Virus record (IMG/VR): IMGVR_UViG_3300037847_003348
Coordinates: 1 to 36,433 of that record
Length of the DNA: 36,433 nt
Source of the DNA: a virus
Taxonomy: Duplodnaviria > Caudoviricetes
Strand: one strand, 5' to 3'
In this document: positions 15,595 to 24,704 of the stretch, piece by piece
How positions within the stretch are numbered: the first letter of the stretch is position 1
How the letters are laid out: each line of letters opens with the position of its first letter
Notes under the pieces: model-generated
Databases searched by the model: none
What the model was told of the DNA's origin: nothing
The model's input: only the letters and a program-made list of their open reading frames with translations
Translations under genes and position numbers: made by a program

Positions 15595-18500
15595 TTAGTC
15601 ATTAACTCTAGTGCGTTATCTAGTGCTGGCTTTGTAAGTCTCAAATCATCATCCCCTGCCTCATCTGCATCCAATAACTGCTGAGTGTCTAAGGTGTGAA
15701 AGAATTGTCTTATGTTAGCTCCTGCCGCTGAAGCATCACATCTAATTACTGAACCTATTACAGTAATATCTCCGTTAGTTTGCATTGTGCAATCTTGTAA
15801 AGTTCCTACTAATTCATGATTTCCATCTGCTTGAACATATAATGCAACGGGTTTTGTACTGTCAAATCCTTGTATAATACTATTACCTGATAATAATGTA
15901 CTGTCTAAAAATTGGAATGTTCTACCGCCTGATGCTGTTGCTTTAAGTGTTGAGTTTCTTAAATCAATAGTACCGTCTGTTTTCATATCTAGTATGTAAC
16001 AGTTAATTGTATTACCATTAGCATTGAAAGTATTTCCTCCCGATACTTCTAATTCTGCTGTAATTGTAAGGTTTCCTAGACTCAAAGTCTCAATAGTACT
16101 TGAAGAAGTAATAAACAATCTTTGAATTGTTAAATCTTTATCTGCTGAACTTGATGATGGAAAATTCCTTATGCCACTTTGACTATTTTGAAATATAAAG
16201 AATTTAAACACATCTGCAAAAGCTATTGCACCTTTACCTGCTGCAACTTTAACATTACCAAAAGTTCTGCCTATTTGTATATACTCGTTACTCGTAGATG
16301 CTAATTTACCTGATTCCTGTTCAAGCGTTCCAAATACTACTATGCCGCCATTATTGCCATTTATTTCATTTAAAGTTATAGTATTAGAATCTCCGCCTGT
16401 AGCTATTGTAAGACTGCTTAAGTTTAAGTCGCCAGTATAGTTTATTTTCTTAGAAGTGCCTGTCATCTTTAGCGTAGAAGTGCCATAGGTAAATGTTCCT
16501 GCTCCTGCCCAAGCATCTGTAACTGTAGCTGGACTGCCTCCATTGTAATCATAAATAACACCATTTAAATTTGAATTAGAACAAGAAAGTGCAGAACCTG
16601 TGCCTTCATTAGCACCCCAACGACCTACTAAACCAGTAGAAGAAGAAGTTGCTAAAGTATTAAAATGTGTAAGACTTGTTCCTGCATCTTTAAACATATC
16701 TTCTCTTATTTGTGCTGCTGTTTTAGCTGCTGCAAACACACGAATTTCATCCATTTCTCCGTTTAAAAAATGCTCATTTGAGTATCTTGTGCCAAACCGT
16801 AATGGTATTGTTCCGCTATATATTGCTCCACTTCCTGTTTCTTGAGCTTCTAATTTACCATCAATATAAAGTGAATGCACCCCTGTGCTACCCTCATAGA
16901 CTAATGCAACGTGATGCCATTTACCATCATTTACTGTTGAAGTTCCTCGTAATTCATTAGTAGTTCCACTTGTAAATATTTTGCCTTTTAGGGAGTTAGT
17001 TCCACTATCTATGTGTAAGTAAAATACATCTTGACCATTTCTTCTGTCAAATAAATATTGATGTGCATCATTAGTGGATGTCTTAAACCAACACTCTAAA
17101 GTTATCTTGTTATTGTTAAATGGAAAATCTAAATCTGCATGGTCTGCTACTTCAGCATATTCTGTATTAGAACTATCTAAACTTAAACAACTTGCGCCAA
17201 GCAGACCACCACTGGTAGTAAAATCTCCTGCTACTGTAAGTTCTGATGAACCTGCACTTAACTTTGCTCCAGTTGCAATTTGCAAATTACCATCAGTGCT
17301 TAAATCAAAATTATTTGTTAAAAATCCATCTCCTGAAGTATCTGTTGATGCAACAATAATGTCTCCAGTAGGCACTCTAGTTGAAGAAGTCCACGCTACT
17401 GCATTAAGAAATGCTGCATTGTTTGGGCCATTGTTAAACACAACTCTACCCATTCTTTTTGAATTACTACCAGGTGCTTTGTTAAACTCAAATCTTTGAT
17501 TGCCGTCTGATTGATTAAAAACTAAAGTTCCTTGTGCAAAACTTAAGTTTGATAAACCAGATGATAAACCAAAACAAGAACTTCCACCACCATTAAGAAA
17601 AGTAATTCCACTTGTTAAAGTTAAAGAACCTGTAGAATTATTAGCATTTATTGAATTAATATTATGCAGTCCTGAACCTCCTGTAAAAGTTCCTTCAACT
17701 GTTAATGTTCCTGATGTTGTAATATCGTGTGTTCCACAATCTAAAGTATATCCACTACTTACTGTTACGGCATCAAACTCACAATCTCCTGTAAGTGTTA
17801 TTTTTTCTGATGCAGAACCTGAACCTGTTACAAGTGCAATCTGATAATCTAAATTAGCTAACTTCCAATCTGCTGCGGAATTTGCATTCCAATCCCAATC
17901 AGTTCCCGTACATACCGCAGGATACAAACTCGATGCTCCTTGTACTGTTGGCTTATTAGTGCCTGAATTGTCTACACTTAACGTACCATTGTTGACTATA
18001 GAGCCTGCTGCTGTTGTAGTACCGATAGTAAGTGTAACTGCATTAGAACTGTTGTTTAATTTAAAATGACCTGTACTAATCGTAAGTGCGTTTTCTACAG
18101 TTGTATCTCTGTAAATCTGTGTAAAAGCTCCCCCACTGTAAAGAAAGTTGTGGAATGTAATTGGTGCAGTTCCAGAGGTGTTTATCAGAGTATTATCTCC
18201 GCTGACTGACTCGAATGTTCCGCTGTTGTGTGTAAATGTGCCAGAGTTCTGAAAGTTGCGTACTAAAGATACTGTGCCTCTTGGTGCTGAAAACGTACCG
18301 TTAGCTGCTATAACAAGGTCAAAGTCAAGGTCAAGAGTGCCGTTACTCCAAGTTGCTCCAGTTCTTATACCATCTGAATCTGTGCCTGTTCCATAATCCT
18401 CAACATAAGGTTCGCCTGTCGGATGTAATCCAGCATCATCCATTTTCCACCAATGTTCTGGAGTTTGAGGATATGTTCCTGAATAAAGCGAGGCTACCTG

Positions 18501-19802
18501 CTCTGCACTTAAAGCATAATCAAAAAATTTTGAATCTCGAATTTTACCGTGAAAATCATCTATTGTGCCTCTAAGTCCGTGTTGGTCAAAAGAAGGGTCT
18601 CCAACTATATCATTAGATGTCAAAGGCTGCTCTACACCATCAATATATATTTTACCATTTGAATCACCATTAAGAGTTATTGCTATATGGTGCCAATTTG
18701 TATCTGCTATTTGTGCAGACGTTTTTAAATCATTTGGATAATCTCGCATCACTACTTCTCCATTAGTTTTTATTTGAAGCCAGTGTTGATTTTGGTCAGC
18801 AGCTTGCCCAAGAATAGTATCTATATTTCCAGTAGCGTTAGCTTTCTTTACCCATACAGCATAAGTAGCTCCGTTATGGTCCATAGTAAAACTTGTGCTT
18901 GATATTTTATCAGATGAACCGTCTAAATCCAAAGAAGTAAGTGACAAACCCTCTACCTTTCCCTGTGTTACTGTAAACGTTCCATCTGTCGTTGTACTAT
19001 TATCATATACATCTACACTGTAAGCGTCATAATCCCAGTAAGTACCTGAGAAATTAGTCAAAGTTCCTTGATTTACTGTGCCTGATTCATCTACAACAAA
19101 TCCTTCTCCAGGACTACCGCCTGTTGCAGTCTCGTTATTTAGTTTCCAATATCCTTTTAGATTTGTAGTACCTGCTCCTAATGAACTATCAGTATTTATT
19201 TTACTTGCAAGTAATTGTATGTTTGCATCTGTAAGTACTGCATTGTAGATTCTAGCATCTGCCATCTGACCTGTCCAAGTGTGTGAACCATCTTGGTATG
19301 CTCCTAAGTTTACCTCTATCGCATTATTAGAGTGTATTGCTGTAAGTGTGCCACTGTTATCTGTGTTTGTAACTAATACACCGTTAACGTAAAGCTTCAT
19401 AACTCCGCCATCAAAAGAAGCTGCATAGTGATTCCAATGTTCTAATAGTCCAGTCATACTGTGAGTAATCTCTATTGATGAATTACCACTGTTATATCCT
19501 ACACCAAATCTTAAGGTACTACCGTGAATATATAATCTAAACAATCTTTGCCCGTTACTTCCGTTATACTTAGCGATTAAGTGTTCTCTGTCACCATCAG
19601 CAGTAGTTGCATTATCGTTTTTAGCCCAACAAGCTAAAGTAAAATGGTCAGTAAAATCATGGTCAGTATCAGTGCCACATTGAACAAAATCATCAGTACC
19701 GTCAAACATCAAAGATTTGTCAAGATTTACATTAACGTTTGCTGCTCCAAGATTTCCTTCTATTATTCCGCCCGTGCCTAAAAAATTAAGATTTATTGCC
19801 AT
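15591..19802 (-). CDS. Virion fibre/adhesin with three LamG (ConA-like) domains and beta-helical repeats (1403 aa)
   Basis: Three FDG...W.H.A......LY.DG....G...E/D.R.Y/F modules; G/T/S/N-rich repeats. Confidence 0.8.
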   Translation of the reverse strand: MAINLNFLGTGGIIEGNLGAANVNVNLDKSLMFDGTDDFVQCGTDTDHDFTDHFTLACWAKNDNATTADGDREHLIAKYNGSNGQRLFRLYIHGSTLRFGVGYNSGNSSIEITHSMTGLLEHWNHYAASFDGGVMKLYVNGVLVTNTDNSGTLTAIHSNNAIEVNLGAYQDGSHTWTGQMADARIYNAVLTDANIQLLASKINTDSSLGAGTTNLKGYWKLNNETATGGSPGEGFVVDESGTVNQGTLTNFSGTYWDYDAYSVDVYDNSTTTDGTFTVTQGKVEGLSLTSLDLDGSSDKISSTSFTMDHNGATYAVWVKKANATGNIDTILGQAADQNQHWLQIKTNGEVVMRDYPNDLKTSAQIADTNWHHIAITLNGDSNGKIYIDGVEQPLTSNDIVGDPSFDQHGLRGTIDDFHGKIRDSKFFDYALSAEQVASLYSGTYPQTPEHWWKMDDAGLHPTGEPYVEDYGTGTDSDGIRTGATWSNGTLDLDFDLVIAANGTFSAPRGTVSLVRNFQNSGTFTHNSGTFESVSGDNTLINTSGTAPITFHNFLYSGGAFTQIYRDTTVENALTISTGHFKLNNSSNAVTLTIGTTTAAGSIVNNGTLSVDNSGTNKPTVQGASSLYPAVCTGTDWDWNANSAADWKLANLDYQIALVTGSGSASEKITLTGDCEFDAVTVSSGYTLDCGTHDITTSGTLTVEGTFTGGSGLHNINSINANNSTGSLTLTSGITFLNGGGSSCFGLSSGLSNLSFAQGTLVFNQSDGNQRFEFNKAPGSNSKRMGRVVFNNGPNNAAFLNAVAWTSSTRVPTGDIIVASTDTSGDGFLTNNFDLSTDGNLQIATGAKLSAGSSELTVAGDFTTSGGLLGASCLSLDSSNTEYAEVADHADLDFPFNNNKITLECWFKTSTNDAHQYLFDRRNGQDVFYLHIDSGTNSLKGKIFTSGTTNELRGTSTVNDGKWHHVALVYEGSTGVHSLYIDGKLEAQETGSGAIYSGTIPLRFGTRYSNEHFLNGEMDEIRVFAAAKTAAQIREDMFKDAGTSLTHFNTLATSSSTGLVGRWGANEGTGSALSCSNSNLNGVIYDYNGGSPATVTDAWAGAGTFTYGTSTLKMTGTSKKINYTGDLNLSSLTIATGGDSNTITLNEINGNNGGIVVFGTLEQESGKLASTSNEYIQIGRTFGNVKVAAGKGAIAFADVFKFFIFQNSQSGIRNFPSSSSADKDLTIQRLFITSSSTIETLSLGNLTITAELEVSGGNTFNANGNTINCYILDMKTDGTIDLRNSTLKATASGGRTFQFLDSTLLSGNSIIQGFDSTKPVALYVQADGNHELVGTLQDCTMQTNGDITVIGSVIRCDASAAGANIRQFFHTLDTQQLLDADEAGDDDLRLTKPALDNALELMTK

Positions 19803-22213
19803 TATGTTATGTCTACTGACCCTCCAAGATTTCTAAACGAACCATATATGTTAAGTGCTGAAGAGCCTTCGGTAGATGAAGTTTCGTCTCCATCTCCAAA
19901 CAAGAACTGACCATCTGAATTTATAGTAACATTGTCTACATACATCGTTCCATCAAAAACATCTGTTTCAGCCAGTGATAACTTTGCTGAATTTGCTGAA
20001 CCTGTGCCATCTCCTATTATAAGATTATGAACAAATAATTTACTTATAGCATAAGGATTAACTGCGTTATTATTAATACGGAAAGTTCCTTCTATAGAAA
20101 TAGAATCAGCAGCAGTTGTCCCATCGGGCATTGTGGGTTGAGGCAATAAAGTTGTAGTATATCCATATAATAGAACATCTGTTGTGACATTATAGAACGT
20201 GCCTCCTACTGGGATTCTATACTGCGCTCCAGATGCAAAATGTAGTGTTCCGTTATTGTGAGTAAATGTCCCTTCGCCATATAATGATGTGGCGGCATCA
20301 CCATTAGCACCACCACTCGTAAGAGTAGTAGTTAACGGTGTTGCATCGTATGTTGCTCCACTTGCTATTGTAAGACTTCCAAATGAAGCATTAACTCCAC
20401 CTGCTGCTAACTGGCTTGTTTCCGTTCTAAAATGTGATGAATTGGATACTGTAACATCACCATCTATAGTTACGTCTCCTGAACCGCCATATGCTCTAAA
20501 ATCGCCATTAGTTACTTCTAAGTCGTCTGCACAATTTACAACACCTACATAAGCTACTGCTGCTGTTGTTGCAGTGTTATCTATTACCAATTTGTGTATT
20601 GCTGCACTACCAAGTTCTAAAAATCTTGTTCCTGATGCACTAGACCTATCTACCTTTAAGGTTCCACTATTAGGAGTATATGTTCCTAAATTTCTTAACA
20701 CATACGTACTGCCTTGGTCTACAGTAGTAGTTCCGCTTGTTGCAAAGTAAGTTCCATCGTTTCCTATTGTAAGACTTCCAAAGGTAGCAGGATGTGTACT
20801 TGCAGTAGATACGTTTCCCATCTGTAACTTTGCAACATCCGAACCATCATCAATTACAACATCACCAACCACTTCAAGTTCGTGATTAGTATTCATTTGC
20901 AATATACCTCTTGTAATTGTCAAATCATTATCTACTATTAATTTTGAGCCATTATCTATGCCTACTGTTCTTGTATCTCCATTCATATGTATAATTAAAT
21001 TATGAAACGCATTGTTAGCGTGACTTTCACTTCTCATTGACATTCGGGAATCAAAACCATTGAACTGAAACATTACAGTTCCATTAGCATTGTCAAAAGT
21101 ATCTCCACCATATTCTACTCTCCAAGCTTTGTTTGCACTTGTATTTTCTCCGTTTACTTTTACTTGACCAGTTGTCATAGTAGCTTTAGCATTAGCACTT
21201 TGAGCCATAAATAAACTACCAAACGTGTGAGTTCCTGTACCGCCTACAAACGTTCCGCCTACTTCTATGTTTACAGCATAATCTGCCTGTTGTCTAAGCG
21301 CACCTAAACTTATGTCTGAAGAATTACAAGTTAACGTTGCTTGGTCTGCTGCACCACTTGCTGGCCCTATTGTTGTTACTCCTGTTACTGTAAGGTCGTG
21401 AACATTTGAACCATCTGAATCTAATGTATTAAACGTTCCTGCCGTGATTGTAAGGTTTCCTGCTATTGGTGGTTTGTTATCACCAGTAGGCCGTGCAATA
21501 CAACTTGCGTGGTTAATTGTAAGATTATTTAAAGAGCTACTTGAAGGACAACGCAAATCTGTATCTGCTGGTGTTTGTATTTCTAAAGTTCCATTATTAT
21601 GTGTATAAGTTCCTACGATGTCTATTGCTCGACCATTGCTTCTTTCACTGGTTATTATAGTTGTTCCGCTTGTTGCACTATAGGTTCCTCCTACTGCAAG
21701 ACTTCCAAGACTAATTGCAGAAGCATTACCTGTAAGTGTTCCATCTACAATACAATCTCCTGTTACTGTAAGGTCATGATTATGTGTTGCATTTGTATTT
21801 AATGTTCCTTGTGTTATTGTAAGCTTTCCTAATGTTGTATCTCTACCTATATCTACATTTAATCCAGAACCGTTTAATATTAAATGATTAATGTTTCCAG
21901 TTCCCATAAAATCTTCAGTAGTGTTATGAGTTCCTTGTAATTCTACATCTAACGTGCTACCAGAGTGTATGGTTCCACTGTGGTCAAATAATCTTCCTGA
22001 TGTATTTATACAGGTAAGCTTGTTACCTCCACCAGCAATAGTTCCATTAAGGATTAATTTACCACAACTTTCATCTTGCGTTAAAGTTACAGTGTGACTT
22101 CCCGATATTGTTACATTATCGCCTGCTGCTGGATAATTGTTTAAACCCAAACCCCAAGTGTCTGCATCATCTGCTCTCCAGTTACCGCTTGTTGCTGATG
22201 TTCTATCGGCCAT
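19802..22213 (-). CDS. Beta-helical virion fibre protein with G8-like N-terminus (803 aa)
   Basis: P.AGDNVTI...HTVTL start; repeats FGSLTI..G.TY.AT..TT and GT.THNNGTL. Confidence 0.7.
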   Translation of the reverse strand: MADRTSATSGNWRADDADTWGLGLNNYPAAGDNVTISGSHTVTLTQDESCGKLILNGTIAGGGNKLTCINTSGRLFDHSGTIHSGSTLDVELQGTHNTTEDFMGTGNINHLILNGSGLNVDIGRDTTLGKLTITQGTLNTNATHNHDLTVTGDCIVDGTLTGNASAISLGSLAVGGTYSATSGTTIITSERSNGRAIDIVGTYTHNNGTLEIQTPADTDLRCPSSSSLNNLTINHASCIARPTGDNKPPIAGNLTITAGTFNTLDSDGSNVHDLTVTGVTTIGPASGAADQATLTCNSSDISLGALRQQADYAVNIEVGGTFVGGTGTHTFGSLFMAQSANAKATMTTGQVKVNGENTSANKAWRVEYGGDTFDNANGTVMFQFNGFDSRMSMRSESHANNAFHNLIIHMNGDTRTVGIDNGSKLIVDNDLTITRGILQMNTNHELEVVGDVVIDDGSDVAKLQMGNVSTASTHPATFGSLTIGNDGTYFATSGTTTVDQGSTYVLRNLGTYTPNSGTLKVDRSSASGTRFLELGSAAIHKLVIDNTATTAAVAYVGVVNCADDLEVTNGDFRAYGGSGDVTIDGDVTVSNSSHFRTETSQLAAGGVNASFGSLTIASGATYDATPLTTTLTSGGANGDAATSLYGEGTFTHNNGTLHFASGAQYRIPVGGTFYNVTTDVLLYGYTTTLLPQPTMPDGTTAADSISIEGTFRINNNAVNPYAISKLFVHNLIIGDGTGSANSAKLSLAETDVFDGTMYVDNVTINSDGQFLFGDGDETSSTEGSSALNIYGSFRNLGGSVDIT

Positions 22214-22266
22214 TAGGCCACCTCACTTACTGAGACTATATTAGTGTATATAGGAGAAGCCATTCA

Positions 22267-22653
22267 CTAAAGTTGCTCCGCATAGACAATGGCCGTAAGC
22301 GACGAACCACTACCTGCTGCTGTAATTCCTAAATGCCTTACTGCGGTAGTTGATATTGACTTCAAAGCTGTACTGTTGCCAGTTACTGAAATGTCATCTC
22401 CAACTTGTGTCCAATCAACGCCACCTACAGAACCTGGTGCTTCTTTTAATGAACCAAATACCTTTACTGTAGCTGTACTGCCACCTGTATTGTATAACTG
22501 TACAGACATTCTCTCATAATGTGAGGCTTGAAACTTATCCAGAATCACACCTTGAGAACCACCAGGCGTTGTTGCGCTAGTGGTCTCAAAGATTGCTGCT
22601 TCTCTAGTGTTGTTTATTCTTTTCCTTGTCGCTACTACGTCGTATGATGCCAT
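22267..22653 (-). CDS. Putative capsid decoration/structural beta protein
   Basis: Beta-strand-rich 128 aa, downstream of the major capsid gene. Confidence 0.55.
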   Translation of the reverse strand: MASYDVVATRKRINNTREAAIFETTSATTPGGSQGVILDKFQASHYERMSVQLYNTGGSTATVKVFGSLKEAPGSVGGVDWTQVGDDISVTGNSTALKSISTTAVRHLGITAAGSGSSLTAIVYAEQL

Positions 22654-22943
22654 TAGTCAGCCTTACCCTTTGTCTTCTTAAGACCTTTCTTAGGCTTGGC
22701 TACTTCTTTTTTGGCTGCTTTAGGAGGTCGGCCCCTAGATTTAGGAGCTTTGACGTGCGTCTTAACCCCACCTCCAACTTTGGGACCAACATCTTTGTCA
22801 ATGACAAATCCTGGACCTTTAAGGTCCTGTAGTAACCTTTCGCTTGTGACATCAACTGTCCCTTGAGGCGCCCATTCGACGTAACCCCCACGAGGTAGCC
22901 TGCGATAAACGAACTTGTTAGTAGTGTTGGTAACTTTGACCAT
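22653..22943 (-). CDS. Small basic capsid-associated protein
   Basis: Directly after the major capsid gene; Lys-rich tail with RGRPPK (AT-hook-like); GGAGG RBS. Confidence 0.7.
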   Translation of the reverse strand: MVKVTNTTNKFVYRRLPRGGYVEWAPQGTVDVTSERLLQDLKGPGFVIDKDVGPKVGGGVKTHVKAPKSRGRPPKAAKKEVAKPKKGLKKTKGKAD

Positions 22944-22964
22944 TTAATTAGTCCTCCAATCACT

Positions 22965-24137
22965 CTAAAGGTTCAAGTCTCTGATACTGCCTTGAGTGTT
23001 CCTTCTGTAACAGACTAATTCACCAGCAGTTATGAATGCATATTCTCTGCTTAGTTTTTGTCTAATAGCCAAGTTAGTGTTGTCAACATAGGTTGTTGGT
23101 GCTGCTACACGAATTGCCAAGTGGTCCATGTCCAAGAAGTAAATTCTTCCTGCACCTGCACTGTCTTTTGGTACGTGTTGTGATAGGAAAATTGGTATTC
23201 CATCGTATGCACCGACTCGTGAATCAAAGTTCAAACCAGCTTCTCCAGTAACTCCGTTCTGACTGCCTGCTGCTGCTGCATTTAGACCAAAGCTGAAAGC
23301 TGCATTTGTTTGCTGCATTTTACCTTTTAGTTGTTGATATGTATCATATCCCATCAACATAATTAAGCTGTTGTAGTTAACACCTTTTTCTAACAATGCT
23401 GAAATCATATCGTCTAACATATTTAATTCTAAGTCACGGTTGTTTCCGTTTGTAGAGTTAAAGTCAGTCTTTCCAGCAGTCCACTCTGCAAATCCAGAAT
23501 CTCCTGCGTTTTTGTCGTATAATTTACCATATGCTGCATTGTCTCCACCAGCGGAGTGTGCGCTACCACAGTATGTGTGAGATGCTGTAACACGGTCTAA
23601 AGATTCCATGTTAACTCCAGCAGTTCCTGCACCTGAACCACTTGCTGAGCCGTCACCATCTGCTTCGTATGTTTTTAACAACATCTGGTCAATAGCAAAA
23701 GAGTGTGCTTCTCCTTGTTCTCTGCGCATAAATGCTAGTAAGTTACCTAATCCATCGTCTGCTTCTGACAACATTTCTGCTTTAGAAGTCATTTCCCATG
23801 GCGTAACTATTTCTTTTAGTGTAAGAGTCAATTCTTCAATGTCTGGTTTTTCAGTAGCTGGGAAATTTCCGCCTTCGGATACACCAGCAGTTGTGCTGTG
23901 CCTTCCAGTCATGATTCTGAAACCTGATTGTGTCCATGCTTCTTTCTTCAAAAGTTTAAATACTTCTGATTTGGTATTCAACTGATTGAATACTTTTGCT
24001 CCGAACATAGTGTTGAATGCTCCAGCAGGGTCTGTGCTGGTCACTGTGTCGTCTTTTGCGATACCATATCTCTTAGAGATTCCTAGAGTACCACCATAAT
24101 ATGCGTTTACATATTCTTCAAAACTTATTCCTGCCAT
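22965..24137 (-). CDS. Major capsid protein (HK97 fold)
   Basis: VSEGG..P...P.I..LTL..K motif; GIPI..S..VP; C-terminal G.IRDL; synteny after scaffold. Confidence 0.9.
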   Translation of the reverse strand: MAGISFEEYVNAYYGGTLGISKRYGIAKDDTVTSTDPAGAFNTMFGAKVFNQLNTKSEVFKLLKKEAWTQSGFRIMTGRHSTTAGVSEGGNFPATEKPDIEELTLTLKEIVTPWEMTSKAEMLSEADDGLGNLLAFMRREQGEAHSFAIDQMLLKTYEADGDGSASGSGAGTAGVNMESLDRVTASHTYCGSAHSAGGDNAAYGKLYDKNAGDSGFAEWTAGKTDFNSTNGNNRDLELNMLDDMISALLEKGVNYNSLIMLMGYDTYQQLKGKMQQTNAAFSFGLNAAAAGSQNGVTGEAGLNFDSRVGAYDGIPIFLSQHVPKDSAGAGRIYFLDMDHLAIRVAAPTTYVDNTNLAIRQKLSREYAFITAGELVCYRRNTQGSIRDLNL

Positions 24138-24139
24138 AC

Positions 24140-24652
24140 TTAGTTTCCTCCTACCATATCTTCTAGTTCATCCCATGACTTAGATAAATTATTCCAGTCA
24201 ATGGTTTTTTCTTCAATAGTAGCTTCAGTGGCTGGTGCGGGGGTTGCTTTTTGTCCCGTGTATACACCAATACCGTGTTTCTTTAATGTTGTGACGGCTT
24301 TGTAGAGGTCATCGATGTCGTCTTTCTTTTTAGGTTTCTTGTCGTCCATCATTTTTTCTTCTTCTTCTTCTTCCTCTTCTTCTTCGTCTTCGTGTTCGGC
24401 TTTTTCTTCGTCTTCAGCTTTTTCTTCGTCCATTTTTTCTTCATGGTCCATTTTTTCTTCTTCTTTTTCACTCAAGTAGTTTATTACTTCTTTAAGTTTC
24501 ATAAGAGTAGCTTCCATGTCTTTTAGGACTGCTTCTTCCTTACCGACTTCTACTGGCTCATCTAATCCAGCGGTAATTTCCACGTCCTCTGATTCGACAA
24601 TTTCTTCGTCGATAGCTTCAGTATGATTACCACCACAACTGCAATCTGTCAT
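24140..24652 (-). CDS. Scaffolding protein
   Basis: Highly acidic coiled-coil protein between protease and major capsid gene; probably leaderless. Confidence 0.7.
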   Translation of the reverse strand: MTDCSCGGNHTEAIDEEIVESEDVEITAGLDEPVEVGKEEAVLKDMEATLMKLKEVINYLSEKEEEKMDHEEKMDEEKAEDEEKAEHEDEEEEEEEEEEKMMDDKKPKKKDDIDDLYKAVTTLKKHGIGVYTGQKATPAPATEATIEEKTIDWNNLSKSWDELEDMVGGN

Positions 24653-24672
24653 GTATATAGACTGAGAAAAGG

Positions 24673-24704
24673 GTATATAAGTAATTCAATCTGTCCGGAA
24701 ACTA
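24673..24704 (-). promoter_or_regulatory. Late promoter: TAGTTTCCGGA-N13-TTATATAC
   Basis: Same motif and spacing as 26677-26708. Confidence 0.7.

Noticed and set aside
15591-22213. Diversity-generating retroelement targeting the fibres
   Set aside because: No reverse transcriptase and no TR/VR pair; the repeats are short coding-module repeats.
22700-22963. 87-aa alternative-frame ORF overlapping the 96-aa basic protein
   Set aside because: The 96-aa frame has the GGAGG RBS and is coupled to the next gene; there is no independent support for overprinting.
24340-24470. TTC-rich microsatellite-like tract
   Set aside because: Explained by poly-Glu/Asp coding in the scaffold protein.
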